From Chrysemys picta bellii (Eukaryota): DNA of 64,000 bases. This document shows, piece after piece, positions 49,027 through 63,248 of this stretch (the first letter of the stretch is position 1; each line of letters begins with the position of its first letter). The stretch is taken from NCBI RefSeq assembly GCF_011386835.1, contig NC_088812.1, positions 17,918,001 to 17,982,000 on the forward strand, read 5' to 3'. Under the pieces are notes generated by a model, which saw nothing but the letters and a program-made list of their open reading frames with translations, made no database searches and was not told where the DNA came from. The position numbers were made by a program, and so were the translations under genes.

Positions 49027-50630
49027 CACTCTCCCAAAGAAATGAGAAGGAATGTGGGTTATGGCCAACAGGTCTGAATTGTATATAGTGGCACAAATTA
49101 TATAGAAAATTGTGATTCGGTTCATCTTGAGAAGGAATAGTTGGGTTTCAAAAGACATTTAAATATTCACCAAAATAGATAAAACGTATTTATTACCGGT
49201 GATCATGTAGGACAAATTATTCCTTCGCCGTAAAATTCTGTATTATTTCTAGCCTTCTTCTTCTTCTTCTTCTTTTATTTTTTTATTTTTTTATTCAGGG
49301 ATGTATTTCACAGCTATTGCTTTAAAATGAATTCATTATGAAAGGGAAAATTCCTCGTCTCTTTAACTGCAAAGAATAATTCAACTTCTAATAAAAAACT
49401 TATATGCTATATTTCAATAATACAGATACTGCACAATTCTTCTGTGTAGGTTCAAATGAGGCGCATTCACGGTCAAATATTTTCAGCCTATATTCGATGT
49501 GGGGAAGATAGTGTGCAAAATATGCACGTGAAGAGGATTTGAAGTTATAATATATATGCTATTTTAATTGTTGTGCCGAAGATATGTCCAATTTCAATAT
49601 TTTATTATATATTTTTTCACTGAGACTTACATCAAAGCAATAAAGGATTATTCACAAGACCCACGCGCAGAATAACATGAGATGGGACTCCTAAGAAATG
49701 GCTTTGAACAACATATAGTGCTAAGAAGTGTTAAAGTAAGTGAAGGAAAGGTATATTTGCACCTCTACAGAATAGCTTAATCCTTATTTCTGGATGCCTA
49801 GAAGCCTCATTGGAAACGTAACATCATTATCAGTTTCCCTTTGTCTTACATTATTCTTGTTCTAAGACAAAATTATAAGAGCACTGTTAGATGTATAAGG
49901 CAAACTAATCAGAATTATACGTGCTGGGGAAATAAAAACATGCATGCAGAACAGATACACCGTAGACGCACAAGTTAATTATTTGATTTTGTTTTATTAA
50001 TTGGCACCCCGCCTACATAAATAAACAAATATACAAACTACACCACCACCGCTGCTGGAAAATATATATATACAGTCTGGCTTGCTGTACGCTTAGCCTT
50101 TTAAATAAATTTCCCAATGGTGTGTCCGGAGCATTCACAACCACTGCTACTTTGAAGTGGATAAGACATCTGAAATATTGTATCTCGTACTACCCAGACG
50201 CATGGGATGTCTTTCCATTTTGATAAATGGGCTATCGCCTGGGGGGGTCAGCGAGCCTTGGTCATGGACGTAAGGTAGAATCTGTGGCATATCTGTCTCA
50301 TGGATGGCGTTTGCCTTCCTCCTAGTCAATTTCTGCAGCCAGAGCCAAACATTCCCATGCTCCTCTGGTATTTTTTGGTGGGGGGAACCCTGGGGTCTGG
50401 CAATACACTCAAAAAACAAGATAGACTTTCCATTTTTGCCACGTGGAGAGATCACACAGTTCACTCCACTATTTGTACTTCAGCGATATTTATTGCGGTA
50501 CGCCATAGCCCTGATTTTGCAGCAGGTAAGGCAGTACCAGTCGTGATATTACTGTGATATTTTACAGCCCAGATAGGGACAATTGATGCATCGCTCCCTT
50601 CCTAAGCCTCCATTTAATGCAGGCCCACAC

Positions 50631-50768
50631 AATAGGTGCTGGAACTAGGGGTGCCGGGAGTGCTGCCGTCCCCCCCCCCCCCCCCAGGCTTGAAGTGGTT
50701 TCTAGGGTTTGCAGTTTGGTTCAATGGCTCTCAGCACCCCCGCTATACAAGTTGTTCCAGCCCCCCTG
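50631..50768. mobile_element. hAT-type MITE, 138 bp, between HOXC12 and HOXC11
   Basis: 8-bp TSD gcccacac (50623-50630, 50769-50776); imperfect TIRs aataggtgctggaac / gttccagcccccctg. Confidence 0.75.
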
Positions 50769-53417
50769 GCCCACACATAAACACATGAATAGATATTCAA
50801 CTCATAACACTGCGTACAAAAATAATGTTCTGGGCTCCCTTCCAACATTTTAGAGATGTTTGTGTCCAGGCATGTAAATGAATTAAGATTTTCCTACGCT
50901 GCTATTGTTAAGAGGCTGTTAATTAATTTAAGCATATCATCAGGACATATCTATTTTGAAGGGATACTGTTTCGGGGACTGTTATCATTACTCTTATTAA
51001 ATTCTTTTTATGCTCCACCCTTTTTCCAGTGTGCCTGGGCTAACAGTGACCCTGAGTGCCAATACTTTAAATATTTTCATGATATATTATCTCTTTACAC
51101 CGTCCCTCTTCATATTAATAGGGACTATTTTAAGTAACAAGCTCCGTTATCATTAATATGCCAATGAATTAATACTAAAGGATGTCTTTTGTTTATGGGG
51201 ATGGGTCCATAAATATAAAATAAAGATAGAGTGGGAATAATTAGCAGTGTTTACCCACATATGTCACCGACTCTCCTCCGAACCTTTCCATATCCTTGGA
51301 GAGGAAAATGAAATGCACTGCAAGTAATTAGTTTTAAACAAATCATTTCAAATAGAAACTTATAGGTAAAGCCTAATGAACTGCAGGGGGAAAAATATTT
51401 TATTTTATTACTTTGTAGGTACCAAGCAGACAAAGCAATATTTTACTGTTGAAAGAATAAATTAATTACTATATCTGTAGCTACAAACTACAATGCCTCC
51501 ATGGATGACTGAATTTAAACGAGATATATGTATCCAGTCTCACTGGTGTTGTTAACAAGAGTGATAATAAAGATGAAAAGGATAAGAATGATAGAAAGAT
51601 CAGTAGATTTGTATTCCTTGCAGGAGGGTTTTTGAGGGTTTTCTACTGGATGAATCTTTGTAGCTCTCTGTAAAGTTCTTTTTTTAAAACCTGGCTTCAT
51701 TAAATAACTTTATTTTTATTCTGAAAAAGAAATGAACCATCAAAATCTGAACCTTTCCGAATAAATCCCTTTTTTAACCAGCCTTCTTTTCACTGTTGGG
51801 AGGAAAAGATTTTATGATCTGATTACTTTTAATATAAAAATGACTATTTTTTGGAAATAAAGCATCTTTCATGCTTTTGGAACTCTAGGAATTTAAATGG
51901 TTTTTTTGGAGCTAAGTTTTTATTGTGCTAGGAAAAGGCAGAAATCTTATTTTCCGTCCTCAGTCAAAATAAATCACCTTTTAAGTTTTATTTATGTCTA
52001 GGTGGAATAACAGAACATTTGTTGAAAATCCTATTGTCCCCTTTAAAGAGTTTTTTTTTAATTGTATAACTGAGTTAGCAATGCATTACCACATATAAGC
52101 TATCTGGATAGCTCATTATATTAACCATAGCCAAAACTAAACTTCTTACTGGAAAATGAAATAGTGTTAATAATAGTATTTTGTGCCAATACGCCTATTT
52201 ACCTTCTCAAATGTACATGCTTAACTGAGATATGTTGATAATTATAGGGTGTGTGGAAATTCATTTTATTTTTATGATTATCTATTAAACTATTATGAGG
52301 TGATACGAATCTCTGCTAAAGGAAATCATTTCAAAATTAGGTGCGGAAAAACAGTTTGAATCCAAAGGTAACAAAGAGCAATGTCCCACAGACTGCAGAT
52401 CCAGTTAAAAAAAGTATTGCAGAAGAACATTTATTTGATCAAACTATTTTCTAATCCATACAAAGAAGAACTATTCTTTCTCCGATATATCTTTGACACG
52501 TGGTATATATACTTGGAGCTTAGTTCTTTCATATAAAATAAGATCTTATAAACACACACGCATGTAAATGCGTCATGTGTTTCTAAATGTGTGTGTATAT
52601 AAACGCATATAATATCTGAATATATAGAATGCACATGTATCTGTATGTCTACAATGTCTGCATATGTATGGTGTGTATGTTTATTTTAAATATTTATGTA
52701 TATGTCCTTTAAGCATTTATGTGCACACGGATATATATAGGGGATACGGTGGGTATTAATGCAAGGGTAAATATACATATACTTTGTACATACATATCCA
52801 GCTATGTGTGAGTGTGTATATGTTTCAAACTTGGCTTCCTAGCATTAGCCATCTAAATCAAGACTTAGGCACCTACTGAAGTGTCTTATTTTCCGAGCTC
52901 CTAAACTCCGACTAGTGCTCATTTAAGTCAATGGAAACTAAGAAAATCAAATCACTTAGGTACCTTAAGTGCCTAGTGTCTCAAGTTTGAAAAATTCTAC
53001 CCATATAGGTAAGTAAGCTCTAAAAATACACCATTTATTATTTCATGTGCCCTCCCAAAACAAGGATTTTATTAGGTATTTATAACTGACCGTGTGTGTG
53101 TGTGTGTGCGAGAGAGAGAAAGAGAAATTATCTCTTTACACAGCGATTGTGAGTGAGATAAAGCAGGCATTTCTTTCTCTCACACACAAAGATAGTCACA
53201 CACACACACACACACACATATACATACACATATGGATATATACGTTATTTCTGAGATATTTGGATGTTTAATCATAAAGACCAGAACCTGTATTTTCTCA
53301 AATTCTAAAAAAAAATAATTCGGGCCAGTGTTTTCTTGACTAAAATAAACCCAACCGATTATTTGAAAAACTAAGAGGAATTTAGTCTCGATAACATTTT
53401 GTAGTATCTTCCAAATA

Positions 53418-53570
53418 NNNNNNNNNNNNNNNNNNNNNNNNNNNNNNNNNNNNNNNNNNNNNNNNNNNNNNNNNNNNNNNNNNNNNNNNNNNNNNNNNNN
53501 NNNNNNNNNNNNNNNNNNNNNNNNNNNNNNNNNNNNNNNNNNNNNNNNNNNNNNNNNNNNNNNNNNNNNN
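53418..53570. other. Assembly gap (153 N)
   Basis: N run. Confidence 1.
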
Positions 53571-54420
53571 AAAGAGGGTCAAGAACTAACCTACATGCCT
53601 CTTTCCACCTCTTAAAAATATTCTACGTGCAGTACCTTTTCCCAGTCAGACATAGGTTTGAATTAAGTTAAAAAGTTCTTTAGGATTCTCTAGGAATATA
53701 GAAACCTAAAAATACGACATACTGGAATCAAACTTGGCTTTTCTGTTTAAAGAGAGAAAGAGAAAGAAAGACAGGGGGAGGATAGAGGGCGAATTTGCGG
53801 TGCCTTACCGCGTGAAGCCGGATTTGTAAACAAATCACTAATGAACATAGACATGCTGGAGAGTTTGCCTTTAGTCTATATGAAGAACCTTTTGTTGGCT
53901 TTCCAAGCGCAGAACAGACGTTTTTTTATTCCCCCCCCCTCCTTTGTCCCCCTCTTGTTGAAGCTGGAGAATATTGCACCCCGTTTGCTGCTGGAAAAAT
54001 ATCAGCAAAGAACTTTTAGCTGTTCTGCGAGGGCTTTCCTGCTCGGTGCTAATCTTTTTGTCGGATGACTTCTGTTTACAACTGTCTGTCTGGGCGGGCG
54101 GGGGGGCGCCATTACAAAGTGAAGGTCAAGTTAGCATCCTACCGTATATGGCATACAGCGGTCCTCCATTTTCGTGTCTTTGTCAGAACACGGCTAAATG
54201 GCAATGGCATTTCTTGTGCTGGTAAACATGTTGCTTTCTTTAAAAAAGACCCCCCTTTAATTTTGTGGGGTGTGGGAGAGGGGTGTCTGTAAGGCGCGGA
54301 TGAAGATGAAGATGGGGGAAAGACTGTGGGAATGCGTCCAGACTTCTTCATGACGATCGCTGGTTTGGACTCTCGCCCCCTTCTGTTCCCCCCCCACCCT
54401 TGGATTATAGACTTCAAACA

Positions 54421-54456
<36 letters not shown>

Positions 54457-55884
54457 CCCCCAGCAAGATCCAAACACTTCTTCCATGGAGGAAATTAAAC
54501 GTCATAAAGAAAAGTCCAATTAGGCTTTAATGTCTCTGAACATGACCATTTTCTCCAGAACACAGTGAAGTTCACTCGGTAAGGAGAAGGGCGGTGGGGT
54601 GGGGTGGCTAAGAATTTCTTGCCTCAAAAATAGCCAAACAAAAAAAAATGTTTTAACATGTAATAATCATTAAATAGGGGAGGAGGGTGGGAATCTACCG
54701 AGTTCGTAGACAACAGTTCGAACTCAGGCAAAAGAAAACCTAGAAATGGGGACACTTAAAAAAAAGTTTAGTGTAATGCAGCATTTGCCTGACCCCAGCA
54801 GCTGGTTGTGCTGCAAATTTTGCTTGTTATAGTTAGGGGGCCTGTACATAACGAGGCTGAAAAGGTGCATTTTCCATACTTAACATAGAGGTTACATCCC
54901 AGACCCTTAACGTTAGCGGTGAGCAAAATGCGATCATCGTTAAATAAAGTCGGTAAGTCTTCCATGGATCTTCTAGTTCTCAAAATTATATGCTTCCCCT
55001 ATCCCCCATCCGGAGCTGTTTTCAGTGTGTGCAAAACTGAGTACATTTCCCCTTTAAAAAAAAAAGTATGACCCATACAGTGTTCTATGAAAAATGGCAG
55101 GACTCAGAGACAAGGAGCTTATCCTTGAAAGAAAATATTGATAGAGCCCATTGTACTTATTTACAAGCGATATCGCCAACATCTTAAGTTAGCCAAGAGA
55201 AACCCAGACTTCCAAACTTTGATTTCCTATCTTCCTTTTAGCTAGAGTTGCTGGGAATTCAGGCCAAGAGATGTTTGGAACTCAAAGGGATTCATTCACA
55301 GAAATGTGGAAAGATCCCTCAGACATTTTTTTCTTTTTTTGTAAATAAACCTTTGATGGGGGGAAAAATGCTAGCAGGCTCTAGTCCATTAGATAAATGA
55401 ATAGATCTCGCAATGACAGTTTCAAAAGCCACTTAATCTATGCAATGTGTGTCTGCATTTTCAGACCAATGCCAGATGTGCATCTCCAGCTTTATATACA
55501 GTTCTTGTTTTCCAGAACTCACTATAGAATATTGTTTACTTTGGGCTTGTGTGTCTTGGAGGTTACCGGCGACAGCGGGTTGCTTCTCCTCAGCTGTATT
55601 TTGCAAAAGGGAGACCCAACAAGAGTGGGAAATATGTTCATATATTTAATACTCTGAGCTTCCAAGAGGACTCAGCGACACTCCCCAGGATACCAGCCCA
55701 TGAACTATTTTTCTGTGATCCCCGTTTTTTTCTGGCCTCTCATGCCTTAGACGTTACACTTCTAGTAAAAAATATGCCCAATACTCAGCTCTTAAAGCAT
55801 AAGGTAGGATAAAAAACTTAATAATGTCCATCGAAGAATGAGCGCTCTCATCATCAATATCGCTATGCTATACATATTACTTGT

Positions 55885-55885
<1 letters not shown>

Positions 55886-55944
<59 letters not shown>
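55886..55944. repeat. (TAGA)n microsatellite
   Basis: Read directly. Confidence 0.95.
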
Positions 55945-58900
55945 GCATGCTATGTATGCTTATGTGTTTATATGTGTATGTGTCTATATAATAGATAATT
56001 ATAAGATATGCCTCTAAAATATTTGTGTATGTATATATAGGGAGATAAATACTTAGCTGTAGATAATTAGATATAAGAGTATACAACTTTTTATATAGTT
56101 ATACATGTGTTTGTGTGTGTTGTGTGGGTAGATAGACAGATAGATCATTTATACAACCCACATATGTGGTAGAGTGAAGAGAAAAGATATGTGTCTTTTG
56201 TCTACCAGTTTTGTATCCATAATTTACCTTCTCTCGAGTATTACTTGAACATGAAGTATTAAAGTCACATATATATTAGGTGAGAAATACGGGCACAGCA
56301 CGTTGAAAATATATATATATTCCTAGAGGATTAAGTCGGTTACCATAACAAAGCACTCAAACTTTGTCCCCCATAGAGAAAAAGGATATGACTATTATCT
56401 ATCATGCTTCAGCTGAACATCAGAAACTATTAAGAGTGGCAATGGTTGAAATGACCAAGAAAATGAACTTTTTAAAGAGCTCAGAGTTTGTGTTACGTTT
56501 GCATTTACGTGTGTACTCCTAAATATCTCCATTTATCCCTCTGTGCTGTCTAGATGAAAATAAGCGATAAATAAAGTACTTTGAATATTCTAAACATGCA
56601 TATTTCTACACGGACTCAAGTTTTAGATCTAAGGAAAGACACATACAGAGAGACAGAGAGAGAAATGTGACGCCACAATAAAAATATTCTCAAGAAACAC
56701 TCATCCTTTATAACTGGAATATATGTTGAATATATATATGGAATAAATGTCACCACAGAGCTAGCCCAAAGATTTTATTTCATTTTATTCTGATAAATGT
56801 GTTTTTTTTTGAAGTAAGGTTTCAGTGCCGACGCTGATGTAGACTGAGAACTATTGAAGTCTATCCCATAAAATGTTGAGATTCTACTTTGATCAATGGT
56901 AGCCTGAGAGAAATATATCTCCGTACTAGCTGTAGTGAAAGATATGCAGGAACCAACATATAAAATGGATTTTTTAAAAAAATATTTCCTATAAACCCAT
57001 TGATTAAATACCACTCATGTTCGTGTGTGGACGTTTTTACTAGAGCATTCTTGCGGATTATCCGCCGCACCTTTAATTCTCTATTATCCATAACGTGGTA
57101 TTTTGCTAAGAAAATGAGATACCAGCAGAATTCAAATTTTCTGTATCACATTATCCGATTTTTTTTAGGAAGTTAAATACATTTCAAAGTTACCAACATG
57201 GATCATTTGGGAAATTAACCATTTCTGGAGTGTCTATGTCTGTATTTTATATATCTTTATTTTTATTTACGCAGGTAATTTTAGCAGGTTTTTTTTGTGG
57301 GGGGAGGGAGGGGAATTGTGTTGGTTAACGGCGGTATTTGCGTTTTCAGAGCCTCATGACGACTGTATTTTCCAACGAGAATATGAAAGACTTTAGCCTA
57401 TTGTGAAGTTTCACTGAAATTCATTAAGCCAGTATATGTCATATGCATTTGTAGCCGTCGGGGAAATTTAGTTCTGCAGGGGAGAAGAATATTTTCATCA
57501 CTAAATCCTACAGAGTCAACATAGCTCAATGCTTCTTAGCACCCAAGGAAGGAAACATGCATTGAATTGGATTTCTGGAAAAAAAATACAAAGTATGCAC
57601 CACACCATGAGTGTTAGGTATATTACTTAATTACTGCACAAGATGAACTATTCTTTGGGCCTCGTACCACATTTCTACCATACAATATCTGCTTTGCCTG
57701 TGGTTAGGAAGCATAGTTTATCTGCTTTTATCTTTATTGAGTCCACATGATTTTGAACTTGCAGCTCAGGTCTACAGAGATCTAAGTCATTTTTCCCTTT
57801 GAATTGTTCACAGCTTATATAGTCTTCTTTAGTAGGCTGGCTTATATCCAATTAAATTTATCTTTGCCATTTGGGGACAATAATATTTTCCAAGAGCTTC
57901 CCACTTGTAGCTATTGTCTCCAGCTTTAGATTTCCTGGAGACACATGCGGTCTATAGTAATCTGTTTACTGGCGTGGATTTGTACACTTTTTTTTAAAGT
58001 CTATGAGTCTTGTTTTTAGGAAGTAATTGTAGTACTGTATTGGGGGAGCGGGAGGGAGGAATCAGCTTTAGAACATCTGACAGGCCAAATCCATTAGGCA
58101 TCAGAAGTCTGAGCTTATTTAGCATAAACAAATCACATATCTATGAAGCTGCCTGAAGATACATCGACCAACAAAATGATTTACACTCACTTTTAATGCA
58201 TTTGCAGACAGATCGGGAATGCATACAATTCTGAAAATGCTACTTTCCCAAATCCGTGAGCCAAAGTAAATTGTGATCAGCCGCCTGTACTAGGTAAAGA
58301 TGCAATGTATAAATAATGCATCAAATAGCTTGAGATCACAATTCCTTTTAAACGCTTGGAATGCTGCAGTAAGTGGCTATGGCTAAAATGGTAAGTCAAA
58401 CCAGTATAAATAATATTTTATTTTCTCTTTTCCAGTCAGTGGATTCCATACCCCATGACTCCAACAAAGAGCTCTTTATGATGACAAGTGCAGAAAAGTT
58501 TTATCCAGTGATAACTGGAATATTGATACGATTTTACACTGCATAAAATAAATTAATTTTGGGGGAGGAGGGAAAGGAAAATCAGAATTTCCCAGTGGAA
58601 AAAATGGATGGTTTATTGAGAATAGCTCAAGTACTGGGTTATCCTAAATCAAAATATGACTTAAGAAGTTTATATCTATAAACTAAGCAACTTTCACAAC
58701 CAAAAAGTTTTATTTCGCTACAGTTCTTAGGTTTGGCTCGTTCAGTCAAAAGTACCCGGAGTTTACTTAAAGTTCATTTTAGCAACAAAGAGCACAACTT
58801 AGAAGTCTTGTGAAATGCCTATTTGCCTGTTGAAAACACTGTTAAATGTGCAAGTGTAGTCTTTATGTCAGGCAAATTAGTAGTCAGTCAAGGCAAAATG

Positions 58901-61900
58901 TGTTGGGTTTTTAAACACTTAATTCTTGCAATGGAATCGAATTGCATTTAGATGCTTGTCTGCAACAAATAGCCCGCTAGCTAGGGAAAAGGAGGTGAAC
59001 GCTTCGCGCTCTCAGCTGCGTTTTCCTTTACTATGCTGATGTGAGGAAACAAAATACACTACCAATATTGCCTCTAAGGAGGCAGTTCAGTTAATTGTAA
59101 CCTCAAGATAGTATTCGAGCAACTTCCCTTAGAAAAATTAACGTATTTCCTCTCCTCCCCCACCCCTTAGGTTATCTGTATGTGTATTTTATTTTATTTT
59201 ATTGCAGACTTGGTTGTGAAATGAACTCGATTAAAGTTCAGGGTCCCTACAGTTGATTACCCTTAAACTCATTTGACTTTTTTTTTTTAAGGGAACCAGA
59301 AGGAATGCGAGTCTGCAGTCTTCATTCTGGCTTTTATGGTAGTCACTTTGGTGGTCAAATTCAAGTGCTATGACTCCACAGCTGTCTCTTCTGTGTTTCC
59401 TTGCAGGAAGCCGGCAAATCCTGCCCTTTAAACTGGGTTTAAAAAACAAAATGGCAACAGGACTGGTTTTAGAGATATTTACCTACTAAGAGCAATAAAT
59501 TATTCACACACCTATAGGAAGGAGCTCATGTGTTATACCACACATACGTTTTAGCGACGACACTTAGGACTTTTTCTCTCTCCCCCACGCCCACGAATGT
59601 CTTCTTTTTATTCAAATAAAATGGAGAAGAAATAATCTCTAAACGTAATGTCTAAACCCCGAAGATGAAATCTGTATTTTTACTTTTCCATTTCAACGTT
59701 CGATTCTGCCCCATGCAGGTTGCAAAGAGGAGGGAATTGGAAGAAAAATAATTGCACTCATAAACAATAGCTTAACATTATTAGTTTGTACTTAGTATTA
59801 ATATTGGTCCATAAAAAGATCACTGACACTTTAATTAAAAGTTTTGCCCAAAATGACACCTAAGACATAAAATGGGGGCAGATTACAAAACCAAGACACA
59901 TATCTCGACCTCATGAGTTCTTTACTTTGTATTTATCAGCTAAGGGTGCATTAGAGAAAAAAAATACATCTCATTCTGAGATTATAGACCTATTTATATA
60001 TATATATATATATACACACATCCCGAGATCACTTATAAAAAGAGTTTTTTGAAGATTTTTGGATAGAAAAACACCAACCTTGAGAAAAATTCAAATATGT
60101 GTAAAAAAAAGGCTCTGTTGCATTATGACTGGCAACATTGTTTAAATAAGGAAGAGTATGTATTCTTAGCATAAGAAGCCATCAAGGGATCCATAATACA
60201 GCAACTGAAATCGAGACATATTGCAATGTGCTATAGTTTTGAAAGCTACACTGCAGTGCCCAATGTATTTTTTCTTTGTTTCTTAAGTGCTCAGATCTTA
60301 GCCCCGCTGCAAGACACAGACCTACCAATCTATTTCCTGTAATTAAAATGAATTTTCAAAAGCATGTTGCTTATTAATGTCATTATGCTTTTCTAGTATT
60401 GTTTTTTTTTATCAGCGTCCGCTTCCTTCTAGGAGCTTGTGGAAGAAGTACTTGGTCTTTTCACTTTCTGTTAATATTGCGTCGAAATGAACCTACCTGC
60501 TGACTAAAATGGAAAGAAAAAAAATTAGACCAGCGAAAATGAAAATTGAGAATAAAAATATTAAATGGATTAAATGACTCCGAGCTGTACAATTTATATC
60601 TTGCGTTTCTTGTGTTGTAATTTATTATTACTTGGATGGAGTTGTTGATAGTTTTCAAGATGAAATGCTTAGCAAAACAAAAACACGCAGAAAAATCATG
60701 TCTACTCTTCTCCTTCCTAACAATATTGTTTACTGATAGCTCATGTGTCTCTGCTTTGGTTATTTCTTGTTGTTGTTCCAATTTACTGCAACACTCTTTG
60801 ACAAGATATCACTAATAAAGACATTTTACTCTGTGATGGTGTATTAGTTTTGTTAGGAGGTATTTAACCTGTCTCCAAAGAGATCCCACGATGGAGTTTA
60901 GTTGGGGGAGGGGGACCTCTATGTAAACAGCTGAATTTTTATTTATTCTTCCTTTAACTGAACAATAGCAAAAGAGGAAATAAAGAAAATTAACCAGGTG
61001 GTGTCCTGTAATTAAAAGAAGGGGAGGGGTGACACAAGGGACTGCATTATTTTCACAGATAGTGGAAAACACAAACATTTCTGCATTTGAAATAGAAATA
61101 CGATTAACATAATTTTTCATCGCAGTCCCCAGACAAATTATTTGCAACCTAGGTGAAAAGAACGAGTAGTGCACAATCAGAGTAGTGGTCACAGGATAGT
61201 TTGGTGCTAGAAGAGTTTTAAGTAGACAAGATATGCAAGATACATCTTGGAAATATTAGCAACCCACAGTATCACTCAATATTCTCTGTAAGTCCTACAG
61301 GTATCCCTTTCCATATTATTTAAAGAAGAACATTTAGACAGACAATTGGTTGAAAAACTCGCAAAATGTCTGATAGCACTTTATAGCACAAATATTTATT
61401 CCATTTCAAAACACTGGAAAATATAGACAAGCATGAAGCTCTTGGGGCACAAAATTCAAGACAAATGACTTTAATAAGAATCTCTCTTTTTTAATTCAGT
61501 TGGAGGAATAAAGGATGCTAGTAATTCTGTACTTACATTCATTGATTGACAATAAACACTTGCATTAAATATTTAATATGCCACTCTTACATAATAAATA
61601 TTTAACAAAACATTAAAGGAGGTTTTCGAATATTTATTAGGCACTGACTTAATTCATTTGCTCTATTCCCTGATATATTACTAATTCGATATCAAAAGTC
61701 ATTAAGTCAGCCTTGAAATGGCTCAGTTTTAGTCTCAGGTAACTTTAAAGTTTGAAACTTTACACACACTGGTATTGCTTAAAGGGTATATTCTCTGCAG
61801 TATATGCCACGTTGGTTTATGTACAGTTGGTATGCACATAGATAGAACAATGTAATTAGCTAATGTTAGAAGCTTGCTAATTAGCCACTTCCCCCCTTCC

Positions 61901-62429
61901 CTCCCAAATTATATATTCAACTATAATTTTAAAAGCCCTATGGCACAGAGATATGTGTATGCCCCACTGTAGCAAGATTTTGAGAAATGTTTGAAAACTT
62001 ACTTATGAATCTTCAGCGCATTCCCTGGGCTTTTTATTGAGCTTACTTAAAGACTTTACATTGTCACATCTAAAATGTGACTAGCATGGAAAGAAAAGAA
62101 AAGAAAAAAAAACCGTGGAAAAATACAGTTAAAATATCTCTAAGACCCTCCCTCAGCTCCCACTCCCTCCCAACGCCCCCACCCCATATCCGAATCCTCG
62201 TGAAAAATAGAAAGCAGAATCCAAACCGGGAAGGAAAAAAAAAAACTTCACAAGCCATCCCTTGTATTTGCCCTCTGCTTTGAATGCTTACAAGGGGTGT
62301 GCCTTAAAGAAAATGAATACAAAGCTGCAATTGATTTTCATAATGTTTCTGCGGTGTTTGAAAACCAATCGTTTGAACCTCTGAGATCTTACCTAAGTGA
62401 ACCACTCCTACACATCTAAGTGCTCCAAA

Positions 62430-62572
62430 CTGATATATGACAATATCTACTTTGGATCACGTGTTCCTTAGAGCGACTAAGACGGATAGCGCGTCATCTC
62501 GCCTTCCCAAATTTTTCCCCCTCTGCACATCGGATCCAAAACATCTATCTATAGAGCAAGAAAAGGAGAAAG
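62430..62572 (+). promoter_or_regulatory. HOXC11 promoter/5' UTR segment with E-box CACGTG (62458-62463)
   Basis: tgacaatatctactttggatcacgtg...gcgcgtcatctcgccttcccaaatt directly upstream of the ATG; resembles my recollection of the mammalian HOXC11 leader (not verified). Confidence 0.55.
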
Positions 62573-63248
62573 ATGTTTAACTCAGTGAATCTAGGAAACT
62601 TCTGCTCTCAATCGCGTAAAGAGAGGAGTGCTGACTTTGGAGACAGAGCAGGTTGCGCTTCCAATCTCTACCTCCCTAGCTGCACCTATTACGTCCCAGA
62701 ATTTTCAACTGTGTCATCTTTCTTGCCACAGGCCCCCTCTCGCCAAATCTCCTACCCTTATTCCACTAACCTCTCGCAAGTGCAGCCAGTTCGAGAGGTC
62801 TCCTATGGTCTAGACCCCTCTAGTAAATGGCACCATAGAAGCAATTACGCCTCGTGTTATTCCGCGGAAGATCTGATGCATAGAGAGTGTATCCCGCCTT
62901 CCACCATGACCGAAATGCTAATGAAAAACGAAAGCGTGTACAGCCACCACCATCCCAGCTCTAACCATCCTGCATCTACGGGATTCTACTCCAGCATGAA
63001 CAAAAACAGTGTCCTGCCCCAGGGCTTTGATCGGTTCTTCGAAAATGCCTACTGCGGGACAGAGAACCCGCCTGAGAACTGTCTGCAGAAAAGCGAGAGC
63101 AAACTGGAATCCGACTCCCAGCCCAGTGCACTATCATCCCGCGGAGAGCAAGGCATAGACCCGGAAGACGAAGAGGAAAACACAAATCCAGGGTCTTCAG
63201 CCTCGTCTTCTTCTGTCAACAAGGAAGGAAGCAAAAACAGCAACTCGA
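62573..63248 (+). CDS. HOXC11: Homeobox protein Hox-C11, exon 1 (homeobox exon lies beyond the window)
   Basis: [64 protein letters not shown]...[20 protein letters not shown] is HOXC11-type. Probable phase-1 donor TCGA|gtaggt at 63249; a neighbouring AG|gtagag donor at 63253 would be phase 2 and seems less likely. Confidence 0.94.

Noticed and set aside
18071-53582. ORFs spanning N runs (18071, 36246-36509, 53382)
   Set aside because: Artefacts of translating assembly gaps.
44425-62572. miR-196 / miR-10 / miR-615 hairpins
   Set aside because: No matching mature sequence seen; these HoxC microRNAs lie further 3' in the cluster, outside this window.
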